64,000 bases of DNA from Spironucleus salmonicida (Eukaryota): assembly GCF_000497125.1 (NCBI RefSeq), contig NC_090597.1, positions 569,797 to 633,796 of the forward strand, given 5' to 3'. Of the stretch, positions 36,144 through 50,834 are shown piece after piece. Position 1 is the first letter of the stretch; every line of letters begins with the position of its first letter. The notes under the pieces are model-generated. The model ran no database searches. It had not been told where the DNA came from and worked only from the letters and a program-made list of their open reading frames with translations. The position numbers and the translations under genes were made by a program.

Positions 36144-37493
36144 ATGGTTTCATTCGGTATTCTATTTGCAATCCAGTCGCTTACCGCTGAGACGCTCGGC
36201 TTCACCATTGCAAACTTCTCTTCTGATATAATCAAACTTTACTATATGGCTATTGGAACTTCTAATGATTTTAAAACTGCTGATGGTGATGTCCAAACTT
36301 TACTACCATATCTATCTATCGCCTCCCTTGTAGGTTTCCTCCTCGCTTCTCTCACCTTCGCTCCTATTGTCAGCTGGTTAGGCTACAAGAAGACCGGCTT
36401 AGTCGGTGCTGCCGGATCTGTCATCTTCAATGTTCTCCTCTGCATCCCTTTCAATGTATACTACTGGATGGTTATGAGGCTTTTTGCCGGCTTCTTCGTC
36501 GTATTATTTTAACAACCCAGCATCATCATCGTCGGTGAGCACGCTGAGTCCAGCAAGAGAGGTCTCCTTGGTGTCATGTTCCAATTCAACGTCACCCTTG
36601 GGATCTTGGTTGCCTCCTTAGTCTTACTTGCCATCCGTACTTATCAAGATACCTATAACGCATGGTGGGTCAACTTTGTTGTCACCTTCATATGGCCTCT
36701 CATGGGCTTTGTTTTACTTTTCTTTGTACCTGATGTCAAACCAAGAGAGGAGAAGGAAATCTCACCAATGCTCTTGTTCAAGGAGAAAAAGTACTTCAAG
36801 GTCCTCATCCTCTCTGTCATGCTCGGTCTCAACCAACAATGCACCGGTATCAACGCCGTTATCGTATACGCCACTGAGACCTTCAAAGACACCTTCAAAG
36901 ACTCAACTGGTGCTAAAACACATCCATTGTCCTCCGTCTTCGGCTCCATCATCATCAACGGTGTCAACTTTGTGGCAACCCTCGGCGCCCTCGCCTTCAT
37001 CGAGAAGCTCGGCCGCAAGATCCTCCTCTTCGGCGGTGTCGGCATCTGCTTCGTTGCCCAGGTCGCCCTCATGATCAACTATATCCTCGCGAAATCCAAT
37101 ACTGCCCTTCTCATCACAGCCTCCATCTTCTTCATCATCGGGTTCGAAATTGGTCCCGGACCTATCTTCTTCGTCTTCGCCTCCGAGCTATTCCCCGTTG
37201 AAGCCAAGTCTCTTCTGTCTTCAATCCTGCTCAGCTTCAACTATATCCCCAACATCTTTGTCGTCGTTCTCTTCCCAATTCTTACCAACGCTGCCGCATG
37301 GTCTCCCTTCGTTACCTATTTGATAGTTATGGGACTAACAACTGCTGTATTGCTCTTTACCACTCCTGAGACGAAGGGCAAGACCCAGGAAGAAATCCAG
37401 ATGATCCTTACCGGCTCTGCACCAGCTGCGAGCAGCGAAGCCGAGAAGGGCTCCGAGGTGCGGTTCGGCTCTGGTGCTATGACTGCTGAGTGA
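36144..37493 (+). CDS. MFS sugar (hexose) porter, 449 aa
   Basis: Joined by TAA=Gln at 36510. Motifs KRGLLGVMFQ, QQCTGINAVIVYA, EKLGRK, GFEIGPGPI, SELFP, PETKGKT. Confidence 0.93.
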
Positions 37494-37639
37494 AGAATCT
37501 ATGAACTTTTAATTTATTCTAATGAACAAATTGAAATAAGTATATTATATGTATTAAATTAATATATCATTTTCTAATATATAAAAAGCTAAGATAACTA
37601 ATCTCCTGAAAAACTATATATTTCCTTTACTTTAAATTT

Positions 37640-38687
37640 ACTCCTATAAACTAACAGGTTAGCTTACATTTTTAAGCTAACTTTTCGATTTTTTGATACA
37701 CCAAAACACACCTCCCCAGATACCTCCGATTATCACTATAATAGCAATGACTATTCCAGCAACTGCGCCTCCACACAAACTACTATTTTAATCCATCTTA
37801 TACACCCAAACTGCAGAACTAACCTATCTTTTCTGCGCCTTATACGCAGGTCTCACACTCACCTTTTACTATCTCACAACCTCTCAAGCAGTTTAACACT
37901 CGCTATTATCAGAATTACATGTTAAGCAATTTACTTTTCCAGCACATTAAGAAGCTGCAATTTGAGTTTCTGCGCTACAAGGTTTTGAAGCTCCATCCTC
38001 GCAAACCTAACCTGAAATTATCACTTAATCGCAAATAGGTTAGCAAGTTTAGTGAGTAGTAGGCTAGTGCGAATTAGCGCAAATTTCACGCGTCTTAGCA
38101 TCTTTTTGGTAGGTCTTGCAAGTTGTGTCGCATTTTTAGCAGTCATTTTCAGACATAAAGTGGCCTGGTAAGCACTCTGAATAAATGCAAATGTTAGTAA
38201 TTTTGAACCAGGCCAGGCAGGTGCCGCATTGTGGTGGGTTTGGAGAGCTGTAGGTAGCACAATTGATGGATGTAGAATACTAGCATTTTTCAGTTGTATT
38301 TTTTGTACAGGTCGTACATTTGCCGTTTTTTAAGAAGTAGTCATGCGAACATATTTTACACACCTCTTTGTCCCCAGCACAATTAGCACAGTTTGCAGTA
38401 CAGGGCTCGCAGGTGGTTCCAGAAAGAATATTTCCAGGTTTGCACTCGCTGCACTCAGTGGAACTATTAGCACATTTCGTGCATTTAACGTCACATTCTG
38501 TGCAGGTATTTGCGTTGAAAAACTTACCGTCAGCGCAAGTTAGGCAGGAATTTGTAGTAGCTGCAGAGCAGGTGGCGCAAGATTCATCACATACCGTAAA
38601 TGCAGTTTCAGCTTCAGGGACATTAGCAGGGCAGAAGAATCAAGTGTTGCAAGTGGTCTTGTCGGCAGAAGTACATTTGTTATCCAT
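37640..38687 (-). pseudogene. CRMP pseudogene, tandem paralog of 39491-40495
   Basis: Starts MDNKCTSADKTTCNT then TGA at 38640 where the paralog has Gly; frameshifts near 38210, 37895 and 37785; residual GGAVAGIVIAI...GGVFWCIKKSK. 3' limit approximate. Confidence 0.85.
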
Positions 38688-39490
38688 TTTGATATAAATT
38701 GAATAGTTAACTTTATATGTATAATACGTATGGATAGGGAATATGAGTTGCTGTTTCTTTCTATTTTTACATTATAACTAATTATAGGGTTATATGAATA
38801 TATTTTAAATTGAAAAATCAGATATTAACAAAAATCTACTTTACTTATAGTACTCCTAACAATGGGCACTAAAAACAAATTTTATGTTTTTTCTCTTTGC
38901 TATTAATAATCGGTGTCTAATTTAGATTCGTGTAACAACTTTGCCAGTTTTGCAAATAGATAATTGCTCAATCTGATAATATACATATATAATTAGTAAC
39001 TTCAAATTTTATAATACTAATACTAATATTGAATATTTTAAGTATATAACAATACAACGAAAAATGGATAAATCACGATACCTAATTGTAAATAGTATTA
39101 GATTTACCACCATTTGCACAGAATCTATGCTTCTGCCCTAAAGTATCAAATCTATAATTTAGGATATTTCCAGTACTTGCTACCAATGTATCCCTAGCGC
39201 ACTATCATTATCTCACTAGATTTCACTATCATCCATTCATAGAAACTGGATAAATTGCAAATTGCAGTTTTTATTATTTTACGTTATGATACGTTATACT
39301 GAAGAATACATTACGCTACAATTAAGATTTTGGGATTCAAAATTTTTAATATATGCTGAACTTATTTATTGTAGTAATACTAAATAATTATATATACAAA
39401 GTATCAAATATAATATTACTTAACAAGTTACTATTATAAACAAGTAGTTTGAAAATTTCAGATTACAATCAATTATATATTAAATAATTT

Positions 39491-40495
39491 TCACTTCTTT
39501 CCTTTCTTGATGAAATAATAAGCTAGGCCGCCACCGACGGCTCCCACCACCACCAGCACAGCAATCACAATTCCCGCAGTTGCACCGCCTGAGAGGTTCC
39601 CAGACTACTTTCTCGGTACGAAGCAAAAGTCTCCAATTTTTACAACCCCATCTTAGCAATTTTTACATTCATTGCTTTCAAATTTGTATCCAGGGAGACA
39701 GGAGCCGCACTTAGTATTAATACTGTTACAGGTGAAACAGTTTGTATTATTGTTACACTCACACTCAGTTATCTGTGATTCTCCTCCACAGGCTGTAGCA
39801 GTGGTACCAACGCATGCTTATCCATCTGCTAAATCTGGGCTGCAATCTGCCTGACAGGTTTAGTGGATGGTCATCTGATTACCCATCTTACATGTATCGC
39901 ACAAATCAACGCCCTATGAGCACGTAGCACAAGTATCGCTGCATTTTGTGCAAACTGAGTTGGCCATCATATAGCCATCGATGCAGGCATTGCATACATC
40001 CCCCGTTTTCTTATAGCCAGTAATACAAACATCGCATTTGGACGTATCACCAGAATTACAGGTGGCGCAGTTGAGAGCCACACCACACTCGCATTCTTCT
40101 GTTGTATTTGCAGCGCAAGTACTACATTTACCGTCTTTTAAGAAGAAATTGTTTTTGCAGATCTTACAAATTGCTTTGTCTCCAGCGCAGTTCTCACAAT
40201 TTACTGGGCAGGCCTCGCAGGTGGTTCCAGAAAGCATATGTCCTGATTTACACTCGCTGCACTCAGTGGCACTATTAGCACATTTAGTACATTTATCATC
40301 GCAGGCTGTGCAGGAATTAGAGCTGAAAAACTTACCGTCGGCGCAGGTCAGGCAGTCAACTGAAGTACCTGCTGAGCAGGTTGCACAAGATCCATCACAT
40401 GCTACACAATCAGTACTATCTGTCATAACGTTAGAAGGACAGAAGTACCCAGGTTTGCAAGTAGTTGTATCGGTAGAAGTACATTTGTTATCCAT
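39491..40495 (-). CDS. cysteine-rich membrane protein (CRMP), 334 aa
   Basis: ORF 39914-40495 continues through TAG to [38 protein letters not shown]. Confidence 0.9.
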
Positions 40496-41272
40496 TTTAA
40501 AATAAATGGAATAGTTATTCTTATATGTATATCGGATATGAATAAGTAATATCAGTTTTTGTTTCTTCGTATCTTTAAATAGTAAGTAGTATTACCTTCC
40601 ATTAAACATATATTTCATGCGTACTTCTTTATAAGTTAGTAATAACCTACTTTATTTATACTATTATCAATATAAATAAAAAACAATCTTATGTTTTATC
40701 TTCTATTTATTATTATTATTTTATGACTAACATGAATTTGAATGTAACTTTTATACTTTTTCAAATTAACAATGAATATATTTCGATAACGACATATATA
40801 TACCTAAGAATCTTTAAATTATTATTTTAATATTATACACTAAATTGCTTAAGTATATTTCTAAACATAAACAAAAATACTTAATTTTGATGGTGAGAAA
40901 ATTAACAACTACTTGTCAAGATTGCTTTCGATCAAACCTAAGAAATAAAATCTATAATTTTGCATGTTTCGTTATTCCATCTCAATTAAGCATTAGCGTA
41001 GTATCGTATTTCAAAAACATCACAATATCATATTTGATAGAAGCTGCAATTCATGCAATTTTTATCAATTCACATGACTTACTCTTTTAAGCAGAAAAAG
41101 CTTTTGCAATATCGCTTAAATGCTACCAAAGCAAAATTTGAGAATTCAATATCGCTACATATTTTATTATCACAATATAAGTTATTAATATTATCAAACG
41201 TTTGATATTAAAATTTCTATTCTGTCAATTTAATTCTGTAATTTTCATATTATAAATGTATATTATTCAACC

Positions 41273-43100
41273 TCACTTCTTTCCTTTATTAATAAAGTCA
41301 TAGGCAATGGCACCACACCTATAATAACTCCAGCTAACATGCGACTGACAGACTTATACTCGAGCTTATTAACGTTTAATAACAGGTATAGTCAACTTTT
41401 TAACTACCTACTGCACAATCTTTGTGAAAATCTTCTTTCAAGGGATAGCCAGTATGGCAAATTACGAATTTATTAGTAAATTTCCCAGTGAATTTTTCAT
41501 CTATAAAAATACAATTACGATTATCTATGAAACCCGTGCATGCGCTAAATTATCTATTCTACATTTATAAAGTATTGTTGGGCATGCTGTATTCTGATAA
41601 TGGAATATCCTGGTAGGTAGAAAACCTATTATCAATAGGACCTTATATAGTTAGTTTTATAATGAGCTGTTACAATAAATACTAATTTTTCCACTTATAT
41701 GTGTAAACATTCATGATCTGTTCGATATATCCAGTGCAGGTCTGACCTGTATTAATATCATGCGTAGTTTTGTGCACTGTTTTAAGTTAGTAGATATCTC
41801 ATAGGAAGCATGAAACAAATATAAGTATTCCCAGATTCCTTTATCTCGCAAAATTCGATCTCTTTGCAAAGATTCTCAGCATCGCACGTATTAGCGTTAT
41901 TAGATAGGACATATAGGCGTCACTAGTACGTTTAAATGCGGTAAAGCATGTGCTTCTAGCTGATATTTTATAGACAGCGATGCAGGTACCGCATGTACCT
42001 GACTTAGCGGTATCGCAAGTTGCGCAGTTAGCTGCCCCAGAGCATTCGAACTGCGCGGTAGCGTTCTTTTCGCACGACTAGCAGGCCCCGTTGATGCTGA
42101 AATAGCCGTCCTTGCATAGGCTGCACACGTTCTTGTCTCCAGCGCAATCAGCGCAGCCTTCAGAGCACGCGCCGCATGTGCTGCCATCTAAAGCAAAGCC
42201 AGGAGTGCCGCTTTTGCAGTTGGTTACTGTACCCTCACAGCTCGTATAGTTCTCTTAGTAGGTTTTGTAGGTGCCTATGCAGATTTGGTTGGTAGCGCAG
42301 ACGGCATCGTCAGTGTTGCACTCCAACTCGCATTTCCCGCCAAAGAGCTTGTAGCCAGTCTTACACGTACTGCAGCTATTCTTATCAACAGAACAGACCT
42401 TGCAATTAGCGCCCTAACAGGCCTTGCCCACCTCTACTGATGTGCACTTTATTCACCTATCCAAGCAAGCGGCACAAATACGCTTACCCATAACTTTAGA
42501 CCTGAAAAATCCACCCAGGTACTCAATGCACGCAGGAACTCCCTTAGGGTCAAAATTCCCGACGCAGCTTTTGTATTTATCTGCATTTTCCCTATGTGAC
42601 ACAATTTATCCATGCACTCTGACCTGTTATCGCGGCATACCTCGCATTTCCCACCATTACTAACTAAGTTATTTATGCACGTTACACACATTTTTATGTC
42701 CATTGAACAGGTCTGGCAGTTCTCTACTTAGCACACTTATCGCCATTCTTGACGCAATTAATCGCATAGCGCGTCCACGAACCGCTCCTATCGCCTACAT
42801 AAGCAAACATGCACTTTCCGCATTTGATATTTACTTCTTCGAGGTTTGCGCTGCTGCGAACTACAGAATTTGCACGAAATTTCATCGCCATTTGCGCAGT
42901 GCTGGTAGTATTTTTTTGCCATTTTAAGACCTGATAGAAAGGCATTTGTGGATTTAATGTTTAGAAAATTGGATAATTATGCAGCTGCGTACAGCAATAT
43001 GTGCAATTATGCTTATCAGGATGAAGAGTTGGAAATGATGCGTTCACTAATTGCGCTGATGAGGTTATTGCAATAAGAGCTTGTATTTTGCGAGTGTGGG
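41273..43100 (-). pseudogene. degenerate CRMP pseudogene
   Basis: Recognisable pieces such as CSEGCADCAGDKNVCSLCKDGYF and SGAANCATCD, and a KGKK-TGA end at 41273 like the neighbour; multiple frameshifts and lost Cys. 5' limit approximate. Confidence 0.75.
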
Positions 43101-43431
43101 GTAAGATAATAGTCTGTCGGTTAGGCAGGTAGTATGAATTTCGCTGGTAGTTAAATCGGTCGTGTTGAGTGTTTATGGTGGAGTTTTCTGGTATTTTAGT
43201 AGGGTGAAAGTCGCAAAGCTATAAATTGTAAGTAAGTGGAGGTAGTAATGAGGGGAAGTGAGAGGTTGGAGGTAAATATTTATTAGTTTAGTGTCTAGTT
43301 GGTGAGGATTTCAGAAATTGGGCGTTTTGCGTTCTGGGGGTAAGAGATTTAAATGCGCGCTTACAGGATAGGGAAATACAAATTCCGTTTGAAACGGTAA
43401 AGATATATATTAAAATGCAGTATAGTATAAT

Positions 43432-44976
43432 TCATTATTTAGTTTACCCATACATTGCAGCTGATTCAACAATTTAGTACTATATGTTTTACTTATTAGT
43501 TGTCGCATCATCATTCTTTTAAACGAAATTAGATTTTTTCTTCATTAAAACAGCATAGACTACTCCACCAATAATAACACCAACTAGAGATACTATGCCA
43601 ACAGCAATTCCGATTATAGAGCCGCTGCTCATCTTATTTATTAATGGCAGACAGGCTCCGTCTACAAGAGATGCTTTATTTTTGCATTAGGTGCAGGAAA
43701 TTTCGCTATCACAGGCCAGGCAATAATCTGGGCATTATTGACATCTATTACCTATAATTTATGACTGGCAGAAAGATCCTGATGCACAACGGAACATTTC
43801 ATTACAGAAATCCTAGACACACTTTCTATCCGAATTAAAGCGTGCGTGACCAAAGCATTCAGTGCAGGTGTCTTTGTCAGAGCAAACCTTGCATAAATCA
43901 GGGCACTAAATGCATACATTCCCAGAGTCCAGTTTCTCGCACTGCTGGCCGTCAGGACAGCCCCTTATACTCGTGCATTAATCCTTTACACACTAATCAT
44001 CATTGGTGAATCTATATCCATCCAAACAAGCATCACATGTATCAGCTGCCGAGCATTGCTAGCAATTTTGAGAACATTTTAGGCAGCGATTATCCTATTT
44101 CAAGTAGCCAGTTGAGCATCTAGTGCAAACCTCTAAGTTCTTGCAGCTATCGCACCCTTCCATACAGTTAACGCAAGTTGAACCAATATTATTAGCATCA
44201 CAGAACTAGTTAGGTCTGCAGGGGTTTTTAGAGTTGCATTCGCTCGGAACGCACTCCCCGCCAACCAGATCGTGGTGGTCCTTACAGAGGCCACATACAT
44301 CCTTCGACGAACATGCGCGGCAGTTGGCCTTACAGAACGTGCACGTATTAGCCATCTTATCAAGTAAATAGCTATCTTTGCAAATTTAGCATTCTTAGTA
44401 GCTGGAGCATTTTTTGCAGTTTACCGGGCAAGGCTGACATACATCATCTATTGCTCTGTAACCCTCTATACACTCAAAGCATTTATCATCTTCACAGTTT
44501 ATACAGTTTTCTGGGCATTTCTGGCACACTTTATTTATAAAATTATAGTCAGGTAAGCATCGGCTACAGGACCATTTACTAGTGCATTGACCGCAACCTG
44601 GTGAACAGGGATAACAATTATGGTATCTATCTTTAAAAAATCCAGGGTTGCAATCTTTGCATACCCACTATCCACTGCAGATATTGCAGTCCTGCACGCA
44701 TTTAACACACTAACCGTCTTTAACTATGTATCCTGGGATACAGTTGGAGCATCTTTGGCTGCCACAATTTTCGCAGTTAGCTGTGCACGGCTTGCACGCA
44801 TTATTCTCTAAGTAGTACCCAGATCGGCATGCTTAACATTTGCCCCGTGAAGACGCCTAGCACCTCTTGCAGTTGAATATTTCGCATGCTTGACAAATTT
44901 ATGGCTTTAATTTATCAGTGGTTGGGCAAACAGTGCCTTCTGGGCAGGTTTTTGTAGGGCAGATGTACGAGTCCAT
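43432..44976 (-). CDS. cysteine-rich membrane protein (furin/EGF-like CXXC repeats), 514 aa
   Basis: Read fully in frame from MDSYICPTKTCPEG to MSSGSIIGIAVGIVSLVGVIIGGVVYAVLMKKK...GQTKQ-TGA; 1545 nt. Confidence 0.9.
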
Positions 44977-45599
44977 TTAATAAATCCTAGAAACGGCATA
45001 TATATTTATATATACGAATTAATATAAATGATATTATTTGCTTACTTATGTTTACTTATAATCACTAGTATTGTGCGAAAGTAAAAATGATAGCTTTTAA
45101 AGTTTATATATTTATATCTAAATAGTAGTATTTCATTTTTTTTCTTTTATTGATTATATAATATTTATATGAATATAAAAATAAAACTAGATTCTCAAGA
45201 TATTAAATTACAATAAAAAGTTTCATGTAATGAAATTTTTACGCATACCATAAATTATTATTTTATATTAAAAAATATATTAAATAGATCATATTTAAAT
45301 TATATTGAAATTATTTATCAATATAGATTGTATTGGACCTATATATTATCAACATACATCTTCAGTTACAAATCATTGTTTCTATACATTTACCATATAC
45401 CATAATTTCGCATATTTTATTTTCAAATTTAGTTTCCGCTGTATACTTTTTTAAATAGTAAAGGCGTTTCAGCTGATTAGATATAAACTTGTATCAATGT
45501 ATATAACACTAAAACTGATAAAATAGCAGCAAAAGCTACAACTGTTCCACCCGCAGTGGAAGGCCTGGGATTTCAGCGCGAATACTTGAATCATCATGT

Positions 45600-46270
45600 G
45601 CTAAATTAGATGGATGCGTAGAGAAGTGCAGTGAATGAAATATAGGTCATTTGGGCAGTAGAAGCGTTTTTGAGGTGTGCCTGTGGGAGCTATGATAGAA
45701 AAGTATTTAAATATGTTAGAGAGACTTTTTCCTGAAATATGGAGATATTTGTGTCGCAGGATACAGGAAGATAGCGAATTTGTGCGGTGTATGTACAGAT
45801 TGGTATAGGTAATTAACTAAATTTGGAGAAAATTAGGTCGAAAGTGGAAATTCTGAGCATATAGTGTTGAGTTGTGCTATGCTAGCCTCGCTGCACACCA
45901 GATGATAATTAGCTAAGATGTTAACATCTTGTGACACATCATTAGCAGAGGGCGGAGCATGCATTGGGACTGCTGCCGCTGCCTGCAGAATTGAACCCAA
46001 AACAACTGTTTGCATGCGCATAGCCTCTGCTAACCGTCATACCTGAGCCAAAGATAAGACTAAATGCAGTTCTTGCCTCCCTGGGTACAAATTATAAACG
46101 GGTAAATGCAAAAATATGTGAAGATTGTTCTATCTAGTCAGCACCCTGATGTTTTGCACCAATAGAGATGTATGACAGCATCCCTGGAGGCGTGGTAGCC
46201 AGAATTATGCTTATGGGCACCTTCGGGACAGTCTTACTTTATATTCCGTCAAGAAGGCAGGAACCGATAG
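45600..46270 (+). pseudogene. CRMP fragment
   Basis: SCDTSLAEGGACIGTAAAAC...KDKTKCSSCLPGYKLQTGKCKN matches the membrane-proximal module of 39491-40495; TGA-interrupted; limits approximate. Confidence 0.6.
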
Positions 46271-46669
46271 CTGTCCTAATATTAACTTAGCAATATAGTT
46301 TAAATATAATATATTTGGCAAGAAAACATACTATATGCTACTGTAATCATGTGTAGGTGGGGGTTTTCAATCTTAAAAATAGCTATAATTCCCCATACTT
46401 AGGCTCACTATAGTAATCGAAAATATTGCTAATATAATTTTTGAGCATAGCACTGGTTTTAGTAAACTAGCGGTCGATGGCGATTCTTTATTAAAATTTA
46501 TTTAAGTATTATATATTATTGTATATACTAAATTTTGAATAAAAATGAGGATCCTAAAAGTCCAATTACAGCTACACTGAAAAGTCGGATTAATATATGA
46601 TACTAGGGTATAACACAGTATATGGTACTTCTTGTTTCATGAATCAAATTAAAATAAAATATAATGGAT

Positions 46670-48420
46670 TAATATCGCCATATTACAGGTCATGGGTACA
46701 AGATGTTGCTATCACTACTGGGATAGCTGAGAACCTTGCTTTTTTTCTTAAAATAGATAACCTGGCCGATAGTCGCACAGCTGCTATCGATTACTATTTG
46801 ACCAATAGTCCCCGAAATTGGTTTGACGGCATGCTTCTTTACAGCTCAGAGTACTACATGAAGCTATTTTGATATAGATAATAACATTATGATATCAGTA
46901 GCATGGGTAATCAGACAGAAGGAAGCCTCTCATGCACTGGATTGAGGCCCTCCCATCACGGAGCAAGCAGGTGTGAAGATTACCACATGCGCACAAAGAG
47001 GATATACCATCGGTACCACACTTGATATGCCTTCCACCATGATAGAATTCACCTTCCTTGAGCTCCTGACTGCAGTTGCAACATATTTTCCGTCCTTCTT
47101 CGCACATTAAAAAAGCACAGCACGCAGCCTACTAACCTGGTATGCATTTCATCTAACTTTTCAGCTCATAGTTAGTACAGCTCTTCTGCACCCACAGGCA
47201 AAATTGAAATCATTCATAATTTATATCTTGTATGTGCCCGTTTTAAGGAATAAACCATTTTCGCATTTATTCCATTTCCTCATATCATTTGATCAGGGTT
47301 AATAATTATATATGTTGTATCTATCATATTACTCCTTATTTTGGATGATTCAACATACATATCGTTCATTATCCGGTGATACTGTATCATTTTAGCATCT
47401 ATCGCTATTTTCAACTTCACAAAGTGTGAAATTTTAAGAAAACTAATATTAGTAGGTATCTCAATTACCTAACTAAAATGGTCTCCAAGAGGTTCCTGAG
47501 TGAATAAAATTGTATATCCAACTGGTACACACATCATCGGAGATGAATCCTCTTTGCAGAGCAGATAGTAATCCTTGGAATAATTTTAAACGTAATTAGC
47601 TTGAAATAATAGCGTGGGAGGCAGGCTGTACAGGTTATCTGTATGTTGATACTATGTTATTGGTGTCAGTATGAATGTCATTTAATATTTACTGATTTGC
47701 AAATTAGCAGTATCTAGAGTTATAGCAATTGCAATCGTATTATTCTTGGATTTTACTTTTTAGACAAATCTCATATGATCCCATATACTCATATTAGCAT
47801 TATTAGCATACTCCGCATTATTAATCTGGGTTAATATATTACTAAAGGCTTATATAATAGTGAAAACATTATTGTAGGAATATAAGTATTCTCTATTATA
47901 TTAACTTTCACAATCAATTTATGATAGTAGTTACCTGAACATATTGCACGCTCTTAACTGCATTCAGCACAATCTTTTTATTCTAAATCTTATGCTAGCG
48001 CTATGTTATGGTATAAATAGCTCTAAGTACAATTAAGAGAGGACTTATTTAGGATTATTGGCGCATATGTCATTTTATTGTAGCTAATTTTTATATAAGA
48101 CAAGAAAAACATAATACTTAACTAGAAGTTTCTATATCTAAGATTAGTCTTGATATTCTAATCAATTTACTGGTACATATCAAATTGAAGTCTAGTTTTT
48201 ATCTAGATGCATGTATTAAGTCGCATATTCTAATTCTTCGTGAAATGCATTTTTCTAGTATATACCTTACTACTATTAGTTTTAGCTATCATACATGACT
48301 ATGCTCTATCTATTTTAGATAGTCGATAATTAACATACCTTGATGAATCTCGTCAATGCTTACCTTGTAGCAACAGGTCTAACATCTCCAGATAATATTT
48401 ACTTACAGTTATCAAAAATG
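46670..48420 (-). pseudogene. highly decayed CRMP
   Basis: CSQELKEGEFYHGGRHIKCGTDGISSLCACG (ORF 46895-47107) matches the membrane-proximal module, followed by an eroded TM/basic tail GQVIYFKKKSK; limits approximate. Confidence 0.55.
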
Positions 48421-48889
48421 ACAAAACTCACTATTATAATATTTAACACAACATTGACTATTACTAGTACTCCGCTTTATCTAAAGACTATTATTCTCAA
48501 TTTATCGTAAGTTTATTATTTGATCTGGGTGTATGCCGTCAATATAGTGTAGTATAATTTCCCGCATATAATTGTAATATTACGTTAAACCACATTATGA
48601 AATTGCAAAGTTTAGGATCTAGTTAAATATTTATAAAACTAAAATTAGCAGCATTCATATAATTATAAATCTGATTAGCAATATATTCTGAAATCTAAAT
48701 TTAGTATTAGAAAGCTCGTTGTTAATTGTAATTAATATATTCCTCACGAATTGTTGTTTTTATTGTTTTAAATATAATAATATCGATCAGTCCCCAAATA
48801 ATATACAAGGCTACAATAGTAGGTATTATTTCTAGATATATTTTAGTGGAATCGTTATAAGTTAACTATACATTTTTATAATTGAACCG

Positions 48890-49330
48890 TTGATATTGGT
48901 TACTGTCAGTTGATTGTTTTTTCTTGACGATGAACATATAAACAACAAAACTTCCAATTAGACCAATATTGCCTATTATTCTGATAACTGCACCAATAAT
49001 ATACCCAAGCATCATATGGTGATATGTGAATGCTAAATCCCATTAGTAGGGGAATTATCATGTTTACATTTAGAAATAACCTTGCAAAACTAAGTCACCA
49101 TCACAAAAGAGTAAAAGATCATTTGTGGGTTTCCAAAAACACATAACAATTTTATAATTCGTGTTACGACCCATGAAATAACTAAGCCTTTCGGACACTG
49201 ATAAATGCTGTCTTACTCTTTTTGGATGGTTACTTACTACTCTATCTTGTAATATTCTTTGTTAATATTTTGCATATTATATTTTATCGTCTACAAGTTA
49301 AATGTGCTACGATTCAGGCTAAAATTAACC
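48890..49330 (-). pseudogene. remnant of a CRMP-like TM and tail
   Basis: GYIIGAVIRIIGNIGLIGSFVVYMFIVKKKQ near 48915-49010; upstream frame broken. Confidence 0.4.
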
Positions 49331-50834
49331 ATATTTTATTTTATACCATTATACTATTTTATGTTTTAAATTTTAAATTTATTTTATTTGTTATTTAAGG
49401 AAATAAGTATTATGGAAACTAGGATTATCTTTTATTAAAGATATATGGTTAACTATCAGTTATCGTACTTTCATTTTAATAATTATATTTTTGTTATATT
49501 GTTTTGGCTCTTATTCAATTTATTTGTATAGCTTTTATCGTATGTCACGCGTTTCTAAATATTATAGGTTCATCATTGGTATGAAAAATGAATCAAACAC
49601 ATAAAACTCAATATTGAATTTAAAACTTGATACCCTTGAATTGTTTTTCATGTTGCAGGCCATTTAAACACCATCCTATAGGCGTTCATATTTATCACGA
49701 CCCGCTGTCGCATAAAGGCACTTTTAAATGCACTTTTTGAGTATAAGAAAGCAGCATTATAAAATAATTTTAAAATTATTCAAAATCTAAATTACTGTAG
49801 CAGCAAAAGTCGCAAATGAAAAATGAAAAGTGATGGGGTAGATTTTGGGTTTGTTAAAATAAATTGTTCATAATTGGTTTTTGAAACTGGGATCGATTAT
49901 CGCCTTTTTGCTTCTCTCTGTGTCGTTTTCTACTATGCTGTTGGACGGTTTCAGCTATTAATTAAAAGTTATAACTATTTGTTAATTATTATTATACAAT
50001 ATGTTAAATAATAATTATGAAAATCGTAAAATTGAATATGAGTATTTAGATGTATTATGTAATTATTTTGTGTGATCTGTACAAGATTATTTATGATAAG
50101 TTATTTTCTTATGGCGACTAATGCTGAAAATTCAATGTAAAGCCAAAGCCTAGTTTATTTGTATAAAATTTATTGGAATAAGCAAATTACATCAAAGTTT
50201 AACTCAAATCAGCGAGAAATAAATTTTGTGTACATTTAACTTCTGATAATATGTAAAATTTATATCTTCAGCAATTTATTTTTATTAATGTATATAATAT
50301 AGTTATTTATAAATTGTTGGAAAATTGCATCTTTTAACCCATTCTATTGAGCATTGTTATTGAATGTGAGTAAAACTATAACCAAGCACCATAAAGTATC
50401 CAATCAACATATATTCAATTAGTTTATTATTTAAAATACACCTAAATATATTATAATAAATAAACTAAGTATAACTAATTGTTAAATTATTGTATGTATA
50501 TAATAATTACAAAACTGAACGACAAATTATATTTTCTAAAGTTAACATTACTTATATTTGTAAATTAACAATTAATTAAATAAAAACTCTGTTAACCTGA
50601 AATAGATTATTACATAGATGTAGGATGCTTTATAAAGTTTCAGTAATAATTAAGTATTTGTAAATGTAACAATTTATATTAATATAATCTATGTTTGCAT
50701 GAGTATATCAAATTCGTGTTTTAATAATTAAGTACTACTACTATAAATTAATATAATTGTTTTTCAAAAACTAAAACCCTTACCATCATTTACATCAACT
50801 TTAATATAATATTCCGAAGATCTATTTTCAGAAA

